From NCBI RefSeq assembly GCF_964204645.1, contig NC_134034.1:2232072-2296071 (forward strand): DNA of 64,000 nucleotides. Direction: 5' to 3'. The translations under genes were made by a program, and so were the position numbers. This document shows, one piece after another, positions 59,901 through 64,000 of the stretch. How positions within the stretch are numbered: position 1 is the stretch's first letter; the number at the start of each line of letters is the position of its first letter. The notes under the pieces were generated by a model. The model was not told the DNA's origin. It saw nothing but the letters and a program-made list of their open reading frames with translations, and did not search any database. This DNA comes from Tubulanus polymorphus. Its lineage: Eukaryota; Animalia; Nemertea.

Positions 59901-62900
59901 AGAATTGAAATAAAATCGTTAGATATCGAGGGAATAGATTTTCAAATATATGTTGTATGTAGGAAAGTCGGTGGTTTCGATCATCTTTTGACCAGTCCAT
60001 AGGGCTTCAACGATAACTACTATTATGAACCAACACCAACTATGGCTATAGTCCATTTATCAATGAATGAGTCCTGTCTTTCCGTGATATTTTGCTTAAT
60101 TTTCTGGGGCGCATACCTCGTTCAGGTCTTAGCATGACCACAAAGTCGCAGACCACAGCAGAATATCCAAAATAATACCGGTTCTTTTCCAATTGGACGG
60201 GTTGCCAAAGCGTCTGCTTCAGTCAAGTTGAAACGGAGAGAAAAGTAACTATTTTTTTAAATTTCTAGAATAATTTAAACAGTGCAACCATTAAGAGTCA
60301 TTCGTTCATCGGGGGCCTACACGTGATTATCCGGACTATTTTTTGAAGTTTCTAGAATAATTGTAACACTGCAATCATAAATAGTCTATCGTTCATCGGC
60401 GGCCTACACGTGGTTATCCGGTTTTACCAAGGATAAAACATGAAGCCGATTTCGTTTCTAAACAGAACCGGTAGCAAGCACGAAGTAAATATGTTCGAGG
60501 CAGATTATATAGGACAATGGTTCACCGAGAACCCATACGTGGTTTTCGAGGTTCCGCATGATACAAGAAAATGAAGCGCCGTTATATGAAAACGGAGCTC
60601 ACCAAGAATCACAATAGCCGTACTGGTACTATTTCATCTAGATCCATAATAACTGCATCCAGTTCTTAATTCTTCGTTAAAACTCTTTCCATGCTAACTG
60701 TGACCGGACGACACAGTCTCCAGATCGCTAGTTTTCACGCGGTGTGGCGCCACGTCACAGGTGTTTGACCTACTTATCCCCTTACTGCCTAAATGGCAAT
60801 GTATAAAGCTTATACGGCTTGTATGTATGCCTGGTAGTCCTGGCAACCCCAGGGACTTGTTTTTGTTCGAGTTCGCTGGCGGGTGTATGAATAAAATCTA
60901 TGTAGGTCACGAAAGTCATTATCGGTGAATTGAGGTCAAGTTGTGTAAACAAAGTAGGGCAAAATTGAAAGCTTTATAAATAGACATCCAGTTCTTAATT
61001 CTTCATTAAAAAACGATAACAGTTGTGGCTCGTATATTTGTCTCTGGTTGCTTCTCTTTTGCTAATCGGCGAGAGACCAGAGAAGAACCTTCGACCAAGA
61101 ATCTGTGTCGACACCCGGATTCGAACCCGTGCACCCTGGTACGACGAGACTTCGCAGTGACTTGGTCAGTGATCTCGTTTTATACAAAAATCCCATGTCT
61201 CACCACGAAGAAAAAAACGATGTATTTTCGAACTCGTAGTATTATTACACATAAATCAAAATCGGCAATGAAAACATTTTTCTTGATGTTCATTTCTCAG
61301 AATGAATAGAAGCAATATCCCCCCCCCCTCAGAGTTCGAGCAGACCACGCTTTTTCGACTTGTAAAAATGTCATATTGGTGTCGACACACGGAGTGATTT
61401 ACATGACAGACATTAAAAGTTTCTCGAGATCTCCTGATTACCTTTTGTTTCTTTTTTTTGGTCGGCAAACAAACGAACAGAATGATTCCGTCTGGGTAAA
61501 GATTCAGGTGGCGTTTACTTTTTTTTTCAAAACAAACAACACCGCAATCGCGGAGTCGGCGCACGTCTTACCTGCCACCATCCGATGCCGCAGAATATAA
61601 ATCAGTCATTCATAATGGAGGCTATCGACGAACGGGACATTATTCCACGGACGATCGATCGACCTGCCGTCCTCCTCCAGAAATACATTTCCATTATCCA
61701 GAAAGTAATTTGGTTAAAAGATCGAAAGACCACCTCTCTCCTACATCGATGCTGATAAATGGAAGTATTGAGGTATGTACTCGGGTGAAGTCTTTTAAGA
61801 CGGCGGCACTGGCGGTGAATTATTTTCGGATCAGATGTTCTGGGATAACTACGGAACTTAGCGTTTATCTAAACCATAATGGACATTGTTACTCGGAGCC
61901 GAAACTAACTCCGACCGCCGGCAAGCAAAAGAACAATTAGGTTAGATATTATCGGAGTCATCCCTTTTGAGAGAACTTGGTAACGCACATGGCTTCTAGT
62001 TCAAGTTTCGATTGATTTTGACACAAAAATTGAACTCTGGCTATACTGTGTAACTTTCTTGTGTTTAAACGCAACTGATTTTAATCATCTACGATGAACT
62101 CGGTCTGAAGTCATCGGTACAAAGTGTGACCGAAGAGTTCCGACTTTCAAACACTCTCAGTTTCGCCTTTGAAATATGACTGAATCAAAACATCCGCCTC
62201 CGACAATTTGATCACTTTATGTAGATCGGCTTCGTTTGTTATAACGACTTATTGTCGCAAGACTTATTGACTTATTGTCTAGTTTGAAATACCGTATACT
62301 GCGTCTATTCTCTATTAAACTATTCAAATCGAATTTTGAAATACGCCCTCGATGCTCGTTTGTAACCATTAAGATTAGGAATTTTTTCTCGCTGATAATG
62401 CCCGACTCGTAAATATTTGAAAGCTATCGAAGGCTATGGCTTTGAAATGAAAATTGTTGACAAAATCGACAATTTTTTTTCAAAACTTCGAGTTGGATAT
62501 ATATATAAAACAAAGTGTGGAACTACGTCCCGGGTTCTGAAACAAAACATCAGACTATCAGTTTATCAATACGTTTAGAGATATCTAGTAAATTATTTAA
62601 TTGAGTTAAATTGAAAAGAGAATTTCGATCAGGTGGCTGATAAGATATGGCGGTGTTGTTAAGCGACAGGGAGTTCGTTTATAGAGAATCTGCCCACAAC
62701 CGGAGCCACCGACATCAACGAGGTAGGAATTCATTCCGTTTATCATTTTTCGTTACATTTCATGTTGTATTTTATATCGGGTGCATGAATTTCAAAACTT
62801 AAAGGCCTTGGTGCCATCTTGTTCGTAGAAATGATGCAAGCCCATTTCTTGGCTGTCGGATACAAGTGATACACGTGATGGATCGAAATCCCCAACATTA

Positions 62901-63548
62901 CATCGTTGAACCGTCTTAAAGTTCAGCATCACATGGTCAATTCTGACTCTGTTATAAGCCCGCAAAATAATAGTTTCTACATCCCCAATTACTATATCGA
63001 TGAACCTTCTAAAAGTTCAGCAACACATATTCAAGTCTGCCGCTGTTTAGACCCCGCAAACTAATAGTTTCTAGATCCCCAATCATTATGTAAATGTTAT
63101 GTGGTAATAATACATAGCCTAGCAGTTTTTGCGATCCCATCATTATAACGCCAGCTCAGATGGTCAATCATCTCGCCGTTCGGCTCTCGCAATGACATTT
63201 TATGGCTCCCACTTGCTAATAAATGCTGTATATTTGGCAATAAAACAGTTCCGAGTGGTTTCTAAATCCACATTATTATACAAATGTGTGTACGTAACGC
63301 ATTCCAGTAGTTTCTTTATCCCCATTATTATGCTAATGACATGGATGTACAAAAATCTTACAGTTCTGATGGTCGAAACACGTCGTTTAAAAACACCGCT
63401 TACTTTATCTTGTGAATCCAAAAATTCCGCAATGGTTTTTTTTACGTTGATTTTTCTGTTTAGCACCAATCTAACCAAAACAGGGCGTCTATATCGAAAA
63501 AATGATCCCTACACGATCCATTGTTTAAACAATTTCTTCACATTTCAG

Positions 63549-63792
63549 ATGAAGTCAGCGACAGTCGTGATTATTCTTTGCGCCGTTCTCGCGGCGGCGT
63601 GCTCCGCCCAAGAAACCACCGCCACCGCCGAAATCGAATCGACGGCGACGACGACCGCGAAACCGAAAACCCTACTCGATCGATTGAAAGAGAAATACGA
63701 AGAGAACAAGGAAGCTATCGTCGAGAAACTGAAGGAACTCGGAAAAGAAGCTTTAAAGCAGGCGACGGAAGCGGCGATTATGGCGGGGGAAG
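63549..63792 (+). CDS. First coding exon of paralogous secreted helical precursor B; continues beyond the window
   Basis: tttcAG|ATG start and phase-1 G|gtaagt donor are placed exactly as in gene A. MKSATVVIILCAVLAAACSA...KPKTLLDRLKEKYEENKEAIVEKLKELGKEALKQATEAAIMAGE aligns with KSKTLVDHVKDKYQQTKDAL...KMKDLGKLALQQVKKAAINAGK. Probable non-coding exon donor at 62722. Confidence 0.82.
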
Positions 63793-64000
63793 GTAAGTCA
63801 GGTTATGACTGATTTCGACTGATATAAATCTCATATTTCGAGTTAACAAGTAAAAATCCACAGTCGGTATTGGAAAGTTGATGTTGTAACAGTTTCGGGG
63901 GTTTATATCGTTTTGGGTAAACACCGAAACTGCTGCAAAACAGTTAGATAATCTAATTCAAAGACGTTTTTACCTGTCAGAAAAATAAATGATTTGACCT

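Noticed and set aside
60248-60421. ~87-bp imperfect tandem duplication, and 26-bp direct repeats at ~60656 and ~60985
   Set aside because: Real, but with no diagnostic structure; ordinary local duplication.
63129-63548. N-terminal 140 aa of the 227-aa ORF; likewise the upstream extensions at 5807-5896 and 57806-57853
   Set aside because: Intronic or UTR read-through upstream of the true signal-peptide ATG.

Overview
Eukaryotic, intron-rich bilaterian invertebrate DNA. A lophotrochozoan is likely from the gene content; the taxon cannot be fixed from sequence alone. From left to right: the terminal exon of MED1 (+); an intronless class A GPCR (-); a secreted PAN+WSC protein (+); a complete 10-exon SLC22-type transporter (+); an F-type lectin-PAN gene (+) with a U1 snRNA gene in its intron; and a 3-exon gene, absent from the ORF track, encoding a 71-aa prepropeptide whose 41-aa mature part has the CxC..C..C..CC framework of sea-anemone beta-defensin-fold toxins (+). 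Next come 19 exons of a rutabaga/ADCY1-type Ca2+/calmodulin adenylyl cyclase (-, 29949-54540; 5' exons not found in the window). Its introns hold tRNA-Arg(TCG), a second identical U1 gene and two antisense F-type lectin-mucin-PAN genes. They probably also hold tRNA-Lys(TTT) and two paralogous secreted amphipathic-helix precursors, the complete one carrying a GKR amidation/cleavage site. Intergenic and intronic DNA contains Harbinger-like MITEs, long-TIR elements carrying Pol III B-boxes, LINE 3' remnants, a dispersed ~77-bp satellite-like repeat carrying CTCF-like motifs, and microsatellites. The most notable items are the toxin-like peptide gene, the GKR precursor pair, a plus-strand set of secreted lectin/peptide genes interleaved with the cyclase, and a phase-compatible three-way splice choice just after the cyclase's calmodulin-binding segment. 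All exon calls were made by eye from GT/AG boundaries and frame continuity.
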